Positions 52,559 through 62,590 of a DNA stretch of 64,000 nucleotides are shown piece after piece. The stretch comes from Candidatus Micrarchaeota archaeon (GTDB lineage: Archaea; Micrarchaeota; Micrarchaeia; Norongarragalinales; UBA8480). The position numbers and the translations under genes are program-made. Below the pieces are notes generated by a model. The model ran no database searches. It had not been told where the DNA came from and saw only the letters and a list, made by a program, of their open reading frames with translations. How positions within the stretch are numbered: the stretch's first letter is position 1; every line of letters starts with the position of its first letter. Where the stretch lies: positions 21,898 through 85,897 of the forward strand of contig JAKAOM010000001.1 in NCBI GenBank assembly GCA_021812145.1, written 5' to 3'.

Positions 52559-55500
52559 TTGTTTGTTGAGGAATTGGTTTTGAAAAATTTTAAGTCTTTT
52601 AAAAGCGTCACGTTGAGGTTTGACCGGGGTTTTAATCTGGTTTTGGGGCCTAATGGGAGTGGGAAGAGCAATGTGATGGATGCTTTGCGTTTCGTTTTCG
52701 GAGAGAAAAGCTTGAGAAGTATGAGAGCTAGGAACGTTTCGCAACTTATTTTCAACGGAGCTGGTTTGGCTGAGATTGAAGTTAAGTTGAGGGGAGGGGA
52801 GGGGGAGCTGCATATTCTGAAGCGTTTTATCAGGAAGGATGGGAAGACAAAGTACAAGCTTGACGGGAAGGTGGTTAAGCGTTATGACGTGGTTGAGTTT
52901 TTGACTATTAACCGGTTGTATATGAGTAACTTTATCATTCAAGGGGAAATTGAAAGGATTGTTCAGATGAGCACTAGAGAGAGAAGGGGATTAGTTGATG
53001 ATGTTTCTAATGTTGGCGAGTATGAGCTGAAGAAGCAGGAGGCGATGAGAGAGCTTGGAGTAGTTCAGAGCAATCTTGGAGAAGCTAGCGTTTCTCTGGG
53101 TGAGAGAAAGGGTTATTTGGAGGAGTTGAAAAGGGATAAGGAGGCTGCTGAGAAGTTTTTGCGTTTGAAGAGGGAGCGCGACGAGTTGGAAGCGAGCCTT
53201 GTTTACATTGATGTAAGCGTTTTGGAGAAGGAGTTGGAGGGTTTGGTTTCCAATCTTGTAGAAGCTAAAAGAAGCGTTGAATCTTTGGATGGCGAGATAT
53301 CTGTTTTGAAGGGCAGGGTTGAAGAGAAGACTGCTGAGTTGGCTGATTTGAATGCAAAGATTCTTGCAGGCAGCGAGGGTGAGAAGGCCTCTTTGGAAAG
53401 GGAGTCTGCTCAGCTTGAAGCCAAAGTGGGAGAGTTGAAGAACAGGATTGTTGAATTTAACGGAAAGATTGAAACTGGTTTGAAGGAAGAGCGTGAGTTG
53501 AAGGGTTTGGTTTTGCGTTCGTCTGACGAGCTGGATGGTTTGAAGAGACAGTTGAAGGAGAAGACTGCTGAGTTTGAAAGGCAGGAGAAGCTAGTTTCTG
53601 ATTTGACCGTAAAAGTAGAGGAGAAGGAGAAGAGTTCAACCAGTTTCGGAAAGGATTATTTTAAGAACAAGGCTTTTATTCAGAAAACCGAGGAGGAGAT
53701 TGCAGGTTTGAATGTAGAACTGCAGAAATTGCAGGGTTTGAATGCAGAGTTGGAGGGTTTTAGGAAGGCTAAACTTTCAGAGCTTGACTTGTTCAAGAAG
53801 GGAGGGGCGGATTCTGAAGGAGGTTTGGAGGATATAGCTGATAGAAAGGTTTCGCTTGGAAAACGTCTGGATGGTTTGAATTCGGAACTGAAAAGTTTTG
53901 GCGAAAAGATCGCGAAGTCAGAGGAGAAGAAAGCTTTTTTGGAGGGTGAAATTCTGAAGGCCAGGGAGAAGGTTGGTGTTTTAGCTTCTCAGCAGTCGGG
54001 GGTTTCTGCTGTGAGCGAGGGTTTGAAGGGTTTTAAGGGGGTTTATGGAGTGGTGGGAGAGTTGTGTGGTTATGAGGGTTTGAGCGTTCCTGTTGAAGTC
54101 TCTTTGGGGGGGCGTTTTAATTTTTTTGTTGTAGACAGTGTAGATGTTGCTGTTAAAGCAGTTAGTTTTTTGAAGACGAACAAGTTGGGAAGGGCTTCTT
54201 TTATTCCTTTGGATAAAGTTAAGTCTGACGTTAGGAGTGCCGGCGCTGAAAAAGTTTGCGACGCGCTTGGCAATGATTGCGAGGGTTTTCTAGTTGACTT
54301 GGTGCGCTTTGATAAGAAGTTTGACAAGGTCTTCAGGTTTGTTTTCGGGGACACGCTTTTGGTTAAGAGTGTGGACGCGTGCAAGTCTTTTATTGGGAGG
54401 GCGAGAATGGTGACTCGTGAAGGCGAGCTTTTTGAAACATCTGGTCTGGTAAGTGGAGGGGTTTGGAAGAGTAGTGGTTTGGCCTTAAGAAGGGAGGGTT
54501 TGGAGTTGGAAGCGAGGTTGAAGCGTTTGGAGGGGGAGAGGAAGGATTTGCTTGCAGAGTTGAGCGATTTAACCCTTTCTGTGGACAAACTTCGCGGGGA
54601 GAAAGGCAGGGTTGAAGTGGATTTGCAGGTGGTTGTTTTTGAGGAGAAGAGCGCTTTGGAGAGAAAGGGAAAGTTTGAGTTGGCTGAAAAGGAGAAGAAG
54701 GAGAAGCTTAGAATTTTAAATGATGAGTTGAAGATTTTTGAGAAGCGTTTGGAGGAGAATTCGGTGGATAGGAAGCGTGTTATTTCAAAAATTTCTGAGT
54801 TGAATGTTGAGCTTGTTGATGCCAGAAGCAGGGTTGACGTGGATAGGGAGAAGGATTTGAATCTAGAGTTGAAGTCGCTTGAGAAGAGTTTGGGTGAGTT
54901 GAAGGATTCAAGGAATAAATTGAGTGTGGAGGTGCAGGTTTTGAAGGGCAGGGTCGGCCTTTCAGAGAAGGAGTTGAATTCGCTTAACGACAGGGAGGGT
55001 AAGTTTAAGGACGAAGAGACTGGTTTTGGGAAGAGTGTTAAAACTTTTGAGGCTGAGTTGAAGGGTTTTGAAGCAAGGTTGGTGGTTGTAAAAAAGAGTT
55101 TGGGTGAGCTTTCATCAACTACAAGCGTTTTGGAAAAGAAGCGCGGCGAGGTGGGAGCTGAGATTAGCGTTCTTTCAAATAAGAAGGGTTCTCTTGAGTT
55201 TAAGAGAGGTGAATTGCTTTCAAAGATTGGAGTTTTTGAAACCAAGAAGGCGGTTTGCGAGGCTAATCTTGTTAACAAGAAGGAATTGTTTTCTGCCTTT
55301 GAGGGTTTGAATTTGACTTTTAGCGTTACTGTTGAGGACAAGCCGCGTTTGCTTGCCCGTTTGAAGGAGGTTCAGTCTGATCTTCCAGACGAGACCAAAG
55401 TTAATTTGAAGGCTATTGAGGAGTTTGGCTTGAAGGTTGGAGAGGTTGAGGAGTTGAGCGGCAGGGTTAAAGTGCTGGAGGGCGAGCGTGCTTCGATTCT

Positions 55501-55984
55501 TGGATTGATTGAAGAAACGGAGGAGAGGAAGATTTCGACTTTCATGAACGTTTTTAATTTTATCAACTCGAATTTTCAGAAGTTGTTCTCGCAGATTTTT
55601 GAAGGGGAGGGCAAGCTTGTTCTGGATGACGAGAAGAATCCTTTCAATGGTGGTTTGTCTATAAAGGTTAGTTTGAAGAGCAAGGGGGTTAGTTTTCTTG
55701 ATTTGATGAGCGGAGGTGAGAAGAGTCTGATAGCGCTTATTTTCCTTTTCTCAATTCAGTCCTACAACCCTTCGAGCGTTTATGTTTTGGATGAGGCTGA
55801 CGCGGCTTTGGATCACGAGAATGCCCAGCGTTTGTCTGTTTTGGTTAAAAAGTTAAGCGCTGACTCTCAGTTTTTCATTATTTCGCACAATCAAAGCGTT
55901 TTCAGGGAGGCGGATTGCTTGATAGGGGTTTCGATGGTCGGCGGCGAGAGCAGGTTGGTGGAGGTAAGCGTTAGCGAGTCTTAA
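52559..55984 (+). CDS. smc: Chromosome segregation protein SMC
   Basis: GPNGSGKSN, QG Q-loop, hinge GRASFIPL...G-x-x-x-GG, MSGGEKS, LDEADAALD, ISH. Confidence 0.95.
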   Translation: MFVEELVLKNFKSFKSVTLRFDRGFNLVLGPNGSGKSNVMDALRFVFGEKSLRSMRARNVSQLIFNGAGLAEIEVKLRGGEGELHILKRFIRKDGKTKYKLDGKVVKRYDVVEFLTINRLYMSNFIIQGEIERIVQMSTRERRGLVDDVSNVGEYELKKQEAMRELGVVQSNLGEASVSLGERKGYLEELKRDKEAAEKFLRLKRERDELEASLVYIDVSVLEKELEGLVSNLVEAKRSVESLDGEISVLKGRVEEKTAELADLNAKILAGSEGEKASLERESAQLEAKVGELKNRIVEFNGKIETGLKEERELKGLVLRSSDELDGLKRQLKEKTAEFERQEKLVSDLTVKVEEKEKSSTSFGKDYFKNKAFIQKTEEEIAGLNVELQKLQGLNAELEGFRKAKLSELDLFKKGGADSEGGLEDIADRKVSLGKRLDGLNSELKSFGEKIAKSEEKKAFLEGEILKAREKVGVLASQQSGVSAVSEGLKGFKGVYGVVGELCGYEGLSVPVEVSLGGRFNFFVVDSVDVAVKAVSFLKTNKLGRASFIPLDKVKSDVRSAGAEKVCDALGNDCEGFLVDLVRFDKKFDKVFRFVFGDTLLVKSVDACKSFIGRARMVTREGELFETSGLVSGGVWKSSGLALRREGLELEARLKRLEGERKDLLAELSDLTLSVDKLRGEKGRVEVDLQVVVFEEKSALERKGKFELAEKEKKEKLRILNDELKIFEKRLEENSVDRKRVISKISELNVELVDARSRVDVDREKDLNLELKSLEKSLGELKDSRNKLSVEVQVLKGRVGLSEKELNSLNDREGKFKDEETGFGKSVKTFEAELKGFEARLVVVKKSLGELSSTTSVLEKKRGEVGAEISVLSNKKGSLEFKRGELLSKIGVFETKKAVCEANLVNKKELFSAFEGLNLTFSVTVEDKPRLLARLKEVQSDLPDETKVNLKAIEEFGLKVGEVEELSGRVKVLEGERASILGLIEETEERKISTFMNVFNFINSNFQKLFSQIFEGEGKLVLDDEKNPFNGGLSIKVSLKSKGVSFLDLMSGGEKSLIALIFLFSIQSYNPSSVYVLDEADAALDHENAQRLSVLVKKLSADSQFFIISHNQSVFREADCLIGVSMVGGESRLVEVSVSES

Positions 55985-56129
55985 CCTGTTTTTATATATT
56001 AGAAATCAGGCATAGGACCATTAAGTCTTGAATTTGTTCAGGCGAAAGGTATTTATTTTTTGCGAGTTTAAATTCTCTGCATTGTAGAAACTTTTTCTGT
56101 AAGTTTTGTAAATTAATTGTGATTTTAAA

Positions 56130-56780
56130 ATGGCTTTAAGACCGGCTAGAACTATTACCACTCCAAAGGGTCAGGTTTGGGCGCGTATTTCGCAGAAGGT
56201 TCCTAGGAAGTCTTATGTCAAGGGGGCTCCAAGGCCTAAAATTAGGCAGTATGACATGGGGGTTGACAAGCGTTTTGATGTAGAAGTAACTCTTGTTTGT
56301 CTTGAGGATACTAATATCAGGGACAATGCTGTTGAAGCGGCTAGGCAAACTGCGGTTAAGTTTTTGGAGAAGAACTTGCTTGGAGGTTTCTTCTTCAAGA
56401 TTTTGAAGTACCCTCATTTGGTCATTAGAGAGCACGCCAGTCTTGGGGTTGCGGGCGCCGACAGAATTTCCAAGGGCATGAAGCTTGCTTTCGGTAAGCC
56501 TAAGGGAAGGATGGTTTTTGTTAAGAAGGGGGAGGCTTTGCTTAGGGTTAATTGTTACAATTCCGGCGTTAAGTTTGCCATGAAGGGTTTGACTAAAGCC
56601 AGGTTGAAACTTTCCGGCTTGTGGATTATTAAAACTAGGGATATTACTGCTGATAGGGTTAATCTTTCAAAGAGCGTTGAAGGAGTGCAGATGAAGAAGA
56701 TAGAGGAGAAGAAGGAGGAGAAGCCTGTTGAGAAGGCAGCCGAGGTTAAGACTGAAACCCCTGCCGCTGAAGGTAGTTAA
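56130..56780 (+). CDS. rpl10e: 50S ribosomal protein L10e/uL16
   Basis: MALRPAR, AVEAAR, YPH-x-x-IRE, AGADRISKGMKLAFGKP. Confidence 0.95.
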   Translation: MALRPARTITTPKGQVWARISQKVPRKSYVKGAPRPKIRQYDMGVDKRFDVEVTLVCLEDTNIRDNAVEAARQTAVKFLEKNLLGGFFFKILKYPHLVIREHASLGVAGADRISKGMKLAFGKPKGRMVFVKKGEALLRVNCYNSGVKFAMKGLTKARLKLSGLWIIKTRDITADRVNLSKSVEGVQMKKIEEKKEEKPVEKAAEVKTETPAAEGS

Positions 56781-56841
56781 ATTTTATCTTTTTTTACAAT
56801 CTTGTGTATTTTTAATTCTTTTTCTTTTTAATTAATGGTTT

Positions 56842-57948
56842 ATGGATGTTTACATTTACGCCCCTTGGATTTATCAGCGGGGCGGGGCCGAGCGGGTTGT
56901 GATTGATCTTGCCAAGAGTTTGAATGCTAAAAAGATTTTCACAAGCCATTTTGAACCTGAAAACACCTTTGATGATTTTAAGAGTTTGAATGTAGTTCAG
57001 GTAGGGTACATTCCTGTTGTTAAGAATTTTGTAAGTTTAACTGTAGTTTCGCTGAAGTTGATTTTTCAAAAACTTCCTATTGAGAAAGACTCTGTTTTGG
57101 TTGTTTCAACCGGTGGTTTTGGAGAGTTTATAACTTTCAGGAATAGGGTTTCAAGGGTTGCTTGTTTTTGCCACACTCCCTTGAGGGCGATTCATGATGA
57201 GGTTTTTCAAAAGGATTATTTTAGAAGAAGAGGATTATTCTTCAGGTTTTTATTTGAATTTTTCAGGATTCCTTATGTTTTTTTCGAAAGGTTGGCTTTC
57301 TCTAATTTTGACGTTGTGATTGCTAACAGTTTGAACACTAGAAGCAGGCTTGCCAGCGCGGGGTTAGGTGACAGCGTGGTGGTTTACCCTGGTGTTGAAA
57401 GCGTAAATGCTAAGCCTGTTTTTAAGAATTTTTTTCTTGCCGCAGGCCGGTTTATATCCTATAAAAATTTTGAGTTGGCTATCCGTTCCTTCATAATTTT
57501 TAAAGAGCGGGGTGGAAATAAGAATTTTAAGCTTGTGCTTGCCGGTGGTTTAAGCGACATCAATAATAATTATTTTTCGCTTCTTAAGCGTTTGGCGAGG
57601 GGGAGGGGCGACATTATCTTTGTGGTTAACCCTTCAGAATCACGTTTGAAGAAGCTTTATTCAGAGTGCTTCGCTTTTTTGTTTCCTGCCTTGAATGAGG
57701 ATTTTGGGATTGTTCCGGTTGAGGCTATGAGTTTTGGAAAACAGGTTATTGCATTGAACGAAGGAGGAGTAAAGGAAACAGTTGTTAACGGAGTTACTGG
57801 CAGGCTTTGCGCTGGCGATGAAAGTTTTGCTGACGCGATGATTAATTTGAGAAATTCAACAAAGACTTTCAACGAGTGTGTTAAAAGGGCGGGGGCTTTC
57901 TCAAAGACTTCTTTTAGTGAAAAAATTAGAAAGGCGGTTTTAACCTAA
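56842..57948 (+). CDS. Glycosyltransferase family 4
   Basis: GGAERVV, CHTP-x-R, EDFGIVPVEAM, GG-x-x-ETV. Confidence 0.9.
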   Translation: MDVYIYAPWIYQRGGAERVVIDLAKSLNAKKIFTSHFEPENTFDDFKSLNVVQVGYIPVVKNFVSLTVVSLKLIFQKLPIEKDSVLVVSTGGFGEFITFRNRVSRVACFCHTPLRAIHDEVFQKDYFRRRGLFFRFLFEFFRIPYVFFERLAFSNFDVVIANSLNTRSRLASAGLGDSVVVYPGVESVNAKPVFKNFFLAAGRFISYKNFELAIRSFIIFKERGGNKNFKLVLAGGLSDINNNYFSLLKRLARGRGDIIFVVNPSESRLKKLYSECFAFLFPALNEDFGIVPVEAMSFGKQVIALNEGGVKETVVNGVTGRLCAGDESFADAMINLRNSTKTFNECVKRAGAFSKTSFSEKIRKAVLT

Positions 57949-58033
57949 ATTTTAAAGCGTTTTACCCTGTTTTTTTGTCAATCGCGTTTTTTGAACGAAA
58001 CTATTTTAAACTTCCTTTGCATAGCTTTTTTGC

Positions 58034-60340
58034 ATGAAAAACGTTTATTGGTTTAGCGAGATTTCTAAAACAGATATTGGAATTGCAGGAGGCAAGGGTG
58101 CTAATTTGGGAGAGATGTTTCAGGCTGGTTTGCCTGTTCCTGATGGCTTTATTGTGGGGAGCGAGTCTTATTTTGATTTTATCCGGAGTACGGGCGTTGA
58201 CAAGATAATCAAGAGTTCTGAGGAGGGTTTGAATGTGGAGGATGAGTTGGCTTTGAATAAGGTCAGCGATTATATTAAGAGCGTTATTGTTGGAACTGCT
58301 GTTTCGAATGATTTGAGGGTTGATATTGTTAAAGCTTACAACAAGCTTTGCGGGGTGGATTTGATACCTTCTTCTTCTCAGGAGGTTTTGGTTGCAGTGA
58401 GAAGCAGTGCTACTGCAGAAGATCTTCCCGAAGCCAGTTTTGCAGGACAGCAGGCTACTTTTGTTAACGTTAAGGGCGCTGACGCTCTTGTGGAAGCGGT
58501 TAGGAAGTGCTGGGCTAGCTTGTTTGAGGCTAGAGCAATTTATTACAGGAAATTGAATAATTTTGACGATTTGAGGGTTGGTATTGCGGTTGTTGTTCAG
58601 AGAATGGTGGAGAGTGAGAAGAGCGGGGTTATGTTCAGCGTTAATCCTGTGTCAGGAGAAAACGTTATTATGATTGAGGCTGGTTTTGGTTTGGGGGAGG
58701 CAGTGGTTAGCGGTGCCATTAATCCGGATAGGTATATAGTGGATAAGAATTCTTTCAAGGTTTTGAATGTTAACATTGCAAGGCAGGAGGTTATGCTTGT
58801 TAAGGGAAAGGTTAAAGACGAGTGGCTGGAGGTGCCAGAGGAGTTGCAGGAGAAGCAGAAGCTTTCTACTTCTGAAATTGCCGAGCTTGCGGGTTTGGGG
58901 GTTAAGATAGAGCAGCATTATGGTTTTCCGCAGGATATGGAGTGGGCGGTTGAAGGAGGAAAAGTTTTCATTGTTCAGAGTCGTGCTATTACAACTCTTA
59001 AAAAGATAGGTGTTGATGTTTCGAAAAGCAGTGCTTCGGCAGGTGGTGAAAGTGTGGCTGAGAATGTTTTGATTCAGGGTTTTGGCGCTTCTCCTGGAGT
59101 TGGTTCCGGAGTTGCTAGGGTTATTCTTGATGTTAAGGAGTTGTACAAATTGAAGAATGGAGAGGTTTTGGTTACCAAGATGACCACTCCTGATTTTGTT
59201 CCTGCGATGAAGAGGGCCAGCGCTATAGTTACTGACGAGGGAGGAATTACCTGCCATGCTGCCATTGTTTCAAGAGAGCTGGGAGTTCCGTGCATTGTTG
59301 GAACTGAGAAGGCCACCAAGATTTTGAAGGATGGGGAGATGATTACTGTTGATGCCGGCAGTGGAGTGGTTTTGGAGGGTGAAGTTAAGAGGGAGGGTCC
59401 GGTTAAGGAGGCTGTTGCCGTGGGAGGGGGCAGGGTTTCTACTGGAACCAAGATTTACGTTAATCTTGCAGAGCCTGAGAGCGCTGAGAAGATTGCTGCC
59501 ATGAATGTTGACGGGGTTGGCTTGTTGAGGGCTGAGTTTATGATCGCTGGTTTCGGCAAGCACCCTAAAATGTTGTTAAAAGAAGGAAGGGGGCAAGAGT
59601 TTGTTGACATGCTTGTTAAGGGTTTGAGGAAGTTCTGCGCTGCTTTCAGCCCCAGGCCTATTATCTACCGAGCTACTGATTTTAAGACGAATGAGTACCG
59701 CAATCTTGAAGGCGGCGCCGAGTTTGAGCCTCAGGAGGATAATCCTATGATTGGTTTTAGAGGTTGTTTTCGTTATGTTAAGGATCCCGAGGTTTTTAAC
59801 TTGGAGTTGGAGGCGGTTAGAAAAGTGAGGGAGCAGGGTTTCAAGAATTTGTGGCTGATGATTCCTGTTGTTAGAACCGTTCATGAGTTCAAGTTGGTTA
59901 AAGGTTTGGTGGAGAAGGGAGGTTTGTTTCAATCGCATGATTTTAAGTTAGGTATTATGTGCGAGGTTCCGTCAACCGTGATTTTAGCTGAGGAGTTCTG
60001 CAAGGCTGGAGCTGATTTTTTCAGTATTGGCTCCAATGATTTGACCCAGCTTACTTTGGGTGTTGATAGGGATAATCCTATTGTGGCTGAGGATTTTGAC
60101 GAGCGGGATGAAAGCGTTTTGCGTTCTATAGAGCACGTTATTAAGACTTGCCACCGTTTCAACGTTAAGGTTGGTATTTGCGGTCAGGCGCCTTCTGAGT
60201 ACCGAGAGTTTGCTGAGAAGCTTGTTGGTTTCGGAATTGACAGCATTTCTGTTAATCCTGATGTTATCGACGTTACCAGAAACGTGGTTGCCAGCGCTGA
60301 GTTGAGAGTTTTGCTTGACAAGGCGGTTGGCAAGGATTGA
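58034..60340 (+). CDS. ppsA: Phosphoenolpyruvate synthase
   Basis: GGKGANLGE, AVRSSATAED, SFAGQ, GGITCHAAIVSRE, GVGLLRAE, FSIGSNDLTQ. Confidence 0.96.
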   Translation: MKNVYWFSEISKTDIGIAGGKGANLGEMFQAGLPVPDGFIVGSESYFDFIRSTGVDKIIKSSEEGLNVEDELALNKVSDYIKSVIVGTAVSNDLRVDIVKAYNKLCGVDLIPSSSQEVLVAVRSSATAEDLPEASFAGQQATFVNVKGADALVEAVRKCWASLFEARAIYYRKLNNFDDLRVGIAVVVQRMVESEKSGVMFSVNPVSGENVIMIEAGFGLGEAVVSGAINPDRYIVDKNSFKVLNVNIARQEVMLVKGKVKDEWLEVPEELQEKQKLSTSEIAELAGLGVKIEQHYGFPQDMEWAVEGGKVFIVQSRAITTLKKIGVDVSKSSASAGGESVAENVLIQGFGASPGVGSGVARVILDVKELYKLKNGEVLVTKMTTPDFVPAMKRASAIVTDEGGITCHAAIVSRELGVPCIVGTEKATKILKDGEMITVDAGSGVVLEGEVKREGPVKEAVAVGGGRVSTGTKIYVNLAEPESAEKIAAMNVDGVGLLRAEFMIAGFGKHPKMLLKEGRGQEFVDMLVKGLRKFCAAFSPRPIIYRATDFKTNEYRNLEGGAEFEPQEDNPMIGFRGCFRYVKDPEVFNLELEAVRKVREQGFKNLWLMIPVVRTVHEFKLVKGLVEKGGLFQSHDFKLGIMCEVPSTVILAEEFCKAGADFFSIGSNDLTQLTLGVDRDNPIVAEDFDERDESVLRSIEHVIKTCHRFNVKVGICGQAPSEYREFAEKLVGFGIDSISVNPDVIDVTRNVVASAELRVLLDKAVGKD

Positions 60341-60372
60341 TTTTTTTTACGTTTTGTTTTTCTAGTCTAGTT

Positions 60373-61698
60373 TTATCTGTATTTCAGTAGGGCGTTTTCT
60401 TTAAGGCCCTGTATTGCGTTTGTTGTTGTTACCGTTCTTGAGAGGCTTGGCGAGTGTTTTTGTGGTTTTTTAGCCAGTATTAGCGTTACCTCGTCGTTGT
60501 TTTTGAGGGTGGTTTCTTTTCCAGCGTTTTTGTTGTTTATTATCCCGCCTTGTACGTAATGTCCTAGGTGGATGCTTTGGTTTTTTTGTTTTGGCGTGTT
60601 GTATGCCGCGTCTAGAATTGTTGAGTTTTTTGGCAGGTTGAGCTCGTGGATTTTTCCTTCGGCGTTTACTTTTATGTTTATCAGGTCGTACTTGTTTGAC
60701 TCGTCTATTAACTGCATTGCCTCTTTTTCCTTGTTTTGGTCATACAGCACTATTGCCTTTTTTGCCACTTCTATTTTTGGGTCTAGCTGGCGGTTTAGCC
60801 CGCTTTTGTAGAACGCGTGTTTTATGTTTTCGTTTTCTTGTATTTCTTCATGCATTTTTTTTGTTCTAATCTGCACTTCGAATGGCGTTCCGTCTTTCTT
60901 TTTCATTGTCAAGTGCAGTGATTGATATCCGTTTGGTTTTTGGTTTTTTATGTAGTCCTTTTCTTCAATCGTTTCACCGATTTGTTTCACTATTTTTTTT
61001 GCTTTTTCTATTTCTTCGTTTTTTTCAACTATTATTCTCATTCCTATATAGTCCTTTACTTCTCTTTTTTTGTAGAATATGCTTGCCGGGCTTTTTACCC
61101 TTGACTCTATTTGAAAGTTAATTCCATCGCTTGTTAGTTTTTCGTTGATTTCGTTTCTTATTACGTGCATTTTTTCCTCAAAGTTTTGTTTTTGTATGAA
61201 TTTTTTTATTTTATCGTATTGTTTTGGTTCTTTTATTTGGAATGCCTTGTTTATCATTTCGTTTGCCATTTGATGCATTCCTAGAAGCTCTGCTATTGGC
61301 GCGTATATTTTCAGCGTTCTTTCTGCTGCATTGTTTTTTTGTTGGGTGTTTGTTTTTGGGTTTGTTATTCTTTCCCTTTGGTCGATCAATCGTAGTAGGA
61401 ATATTTTAGGATTTAGTGTAACGTCTTCTAGGTTTGATTTAAACTCGTTGTTTTCTTGTTTTATGAAATGTTGCTGGAAGTGGTGGACGAGTTCTCTAGC
61501 TTCCTGGTCTACTTTGTAGTTTGATTGCTGTGGAATTTCATAGAATTTAACTCCGTGAAATAGTGCGGCGGTTATCAGAGCCGCGTCGGCTTTTTTTTCA
61601 TATAGCGTTTTGGCAGTGTTTATATAATGAGTGTAGTCGTCTCCGTATGCTTGCTTGGCTTGGTTTATTTGTTTTTTGTATTCTTCTTCAAATGTCAC
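60373..61698 (-). CDS. RelA/SpoT homologue: degenerate HD domain + (p)ppGpp synthetase + TGS
   Basis: IYAPIA-x-x-LG, RVKS-x-x-SI-x-x-K, D-x-x-G-x-RII, KDYI-x-x-x-KPNGYQSLH, EVQIRT-x-x-MH, H-x-x-YK; TGS LP-x-x-ST-x-LD-x-AY. Confidence 0.88.
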   Translation of the reverse strand: MTFEEEYKKQINQAKQAYGDDYTHYINTAKTLYEKKADAALITAALFHGVKFYEIPQQSNYKVDQEARELVHHFQQHFIKQENNEFKSNLEDVTLNPKIFLLRLIDQRERITNPKTNTQQKNNAAERTLKIYAPIAELLGMHQMANEMINKAFQIKEPKQYDKIKKFIQKQNFEEKMHVIRNEINEKLTSDGINFQIESRVKSPASIFYKKREVKDYIGMRIIVEKNEEIEKAKKIVKQIGETIEEKDYIKNQKPNGYQSLHLTMKKKDGTPFEVQIRTKKMHEEIQENENIKHAFYKSGLNRQLDPKIEVAKKAIVLYDQNKEKEAMQLIDESNKYDLINIKVNAEGKIHELNLPKNSTILDAAYNTPKQKNQSIHLGHYVQGGIINNKNAGKETTLKNNDEVTLILAKKPQKHSPSLSRTVTTTNAIQGLKENALLKYR

Positions 61699-61724
61699 TA
61701 GGTTTTTTTGGTTTTAAAAGCTTT

Positions 61725-62570
61725 TTATTTTTTCCCCTGCGTTTTTGCTTTCCCGTTTGAGCCGCAGACCTTTATTCTGTCTATACAGGTTTTTTTCATG
61801 GCTTCCCTTGCTTTTGTCAGGTGAGTCCTTGGGTTTATGTCCGGATTTTCGTTTAGCGATTTTTTAAGCGCAAGTGTGAATGATTTTCTTAGTTGCGTGT
61901 CCATGTTTATCTTCCTTATTCCTAGCTTAACTGCCTTTTTGATTTGTTCGTCTGAAACTCCCGAGCTTCCATGCAGCACAAGCGGGGCCGGAATTTCCTC
62001 ATTTATCTCTTTAAGCAGTTGGAAGTTAAGCTTGAGTTTTTTTTCACTCCACCCATGGCTGTTTCCTATGCTTACTGCGAGTGCGTCGGGTTTGGTGAGT
62101 TTGTAGAAGCGCAGCGCGTCTTCCGGACTGGTGTATTTTGCCTCTTTTTCTTCAACGTAGTCTTCTTTTCCTGCCAGCGCGCCTATTTCAAGTTCTATTG
62201 GAAGGCCTGGCGCTGCTTTTTTTGCTTGCAGCGATATTTTCACGTTTTCTTCAAATGGTTTGGATGATCCATCGAGCATTATGGAAGAGAATCCGTTTTT
62301 AAAGCATTTTTTTACCGTTTCAAGGTTTTTACCATGGTCTAGGTGCAGACCTACTGGTATTTTGGTTTTGCTTATTGCTTTTAGCGCGTAGGCTGCGAAT
62401 TCTTCCAATCCAGCGTATTCAAGAGCGCTTTCTGAAGCTTGGATTATTAATGGTGATTGTGTTTCTTCGCCTGCCTGTATTATTGCTTGTATTGTTTCTG
62501 AGTTGTAGGCGTTGAACGCTGGCACTGCGTAGTCGTTTTTAAGTAGTGTTCTAAGGTTTGCCAGCGTCAT
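61725..62570 (-). CDS. fba: Class II fructose-bisphosphate aldolase
   Basis: YAVPAFN, HLDHG, SSIMLDGS, LAVSIGNSHG, LVLHGSSG, KIN-x-DT. Confidence 0.93.
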   Translation of the reverse strand: MTLANLRTLLKNDYAVPAFNAYNSETIQAIIQAGEETQSPLIIQASESALEYAGLEEFAAYALKAISKTKIPVGLHLDHGKNLETVKKCFKNGFSSIMLDGSSKPFEENVKISLQAKKAAPGLPIELEIGALAGKEDYVEEKEAKYTSPEDALRFYKLTKPDALAVSIGNSHGWSEKKLKLNFQLLKEINEEIPAPLVLHGSSGVSDEQIKKAVKLGIRKINMDTQLRKSFTLALKKSLNENPDINPRTHLTKAREAMKKTCIDRIKVCGSNGKAKTQGKK

Positions 62571-62590
62571 TTCAACTTACTATCCTATTT

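Noticed and set aside
54070-55341. 423-aa antisense ORF inside smc
   Set aside because: Shadow frame of a biased coiled-coil gene; S/F/L/K-rich with no motifs. The same applies to the other antisense ORFs in ppsA, ftsZ and the ATPase.
61725-62570. Class II FBA as an unusual bacterial-type gene
   Set aside because: Class II aldolases are already known in some archaea, including DPANN; listed as a feature only.
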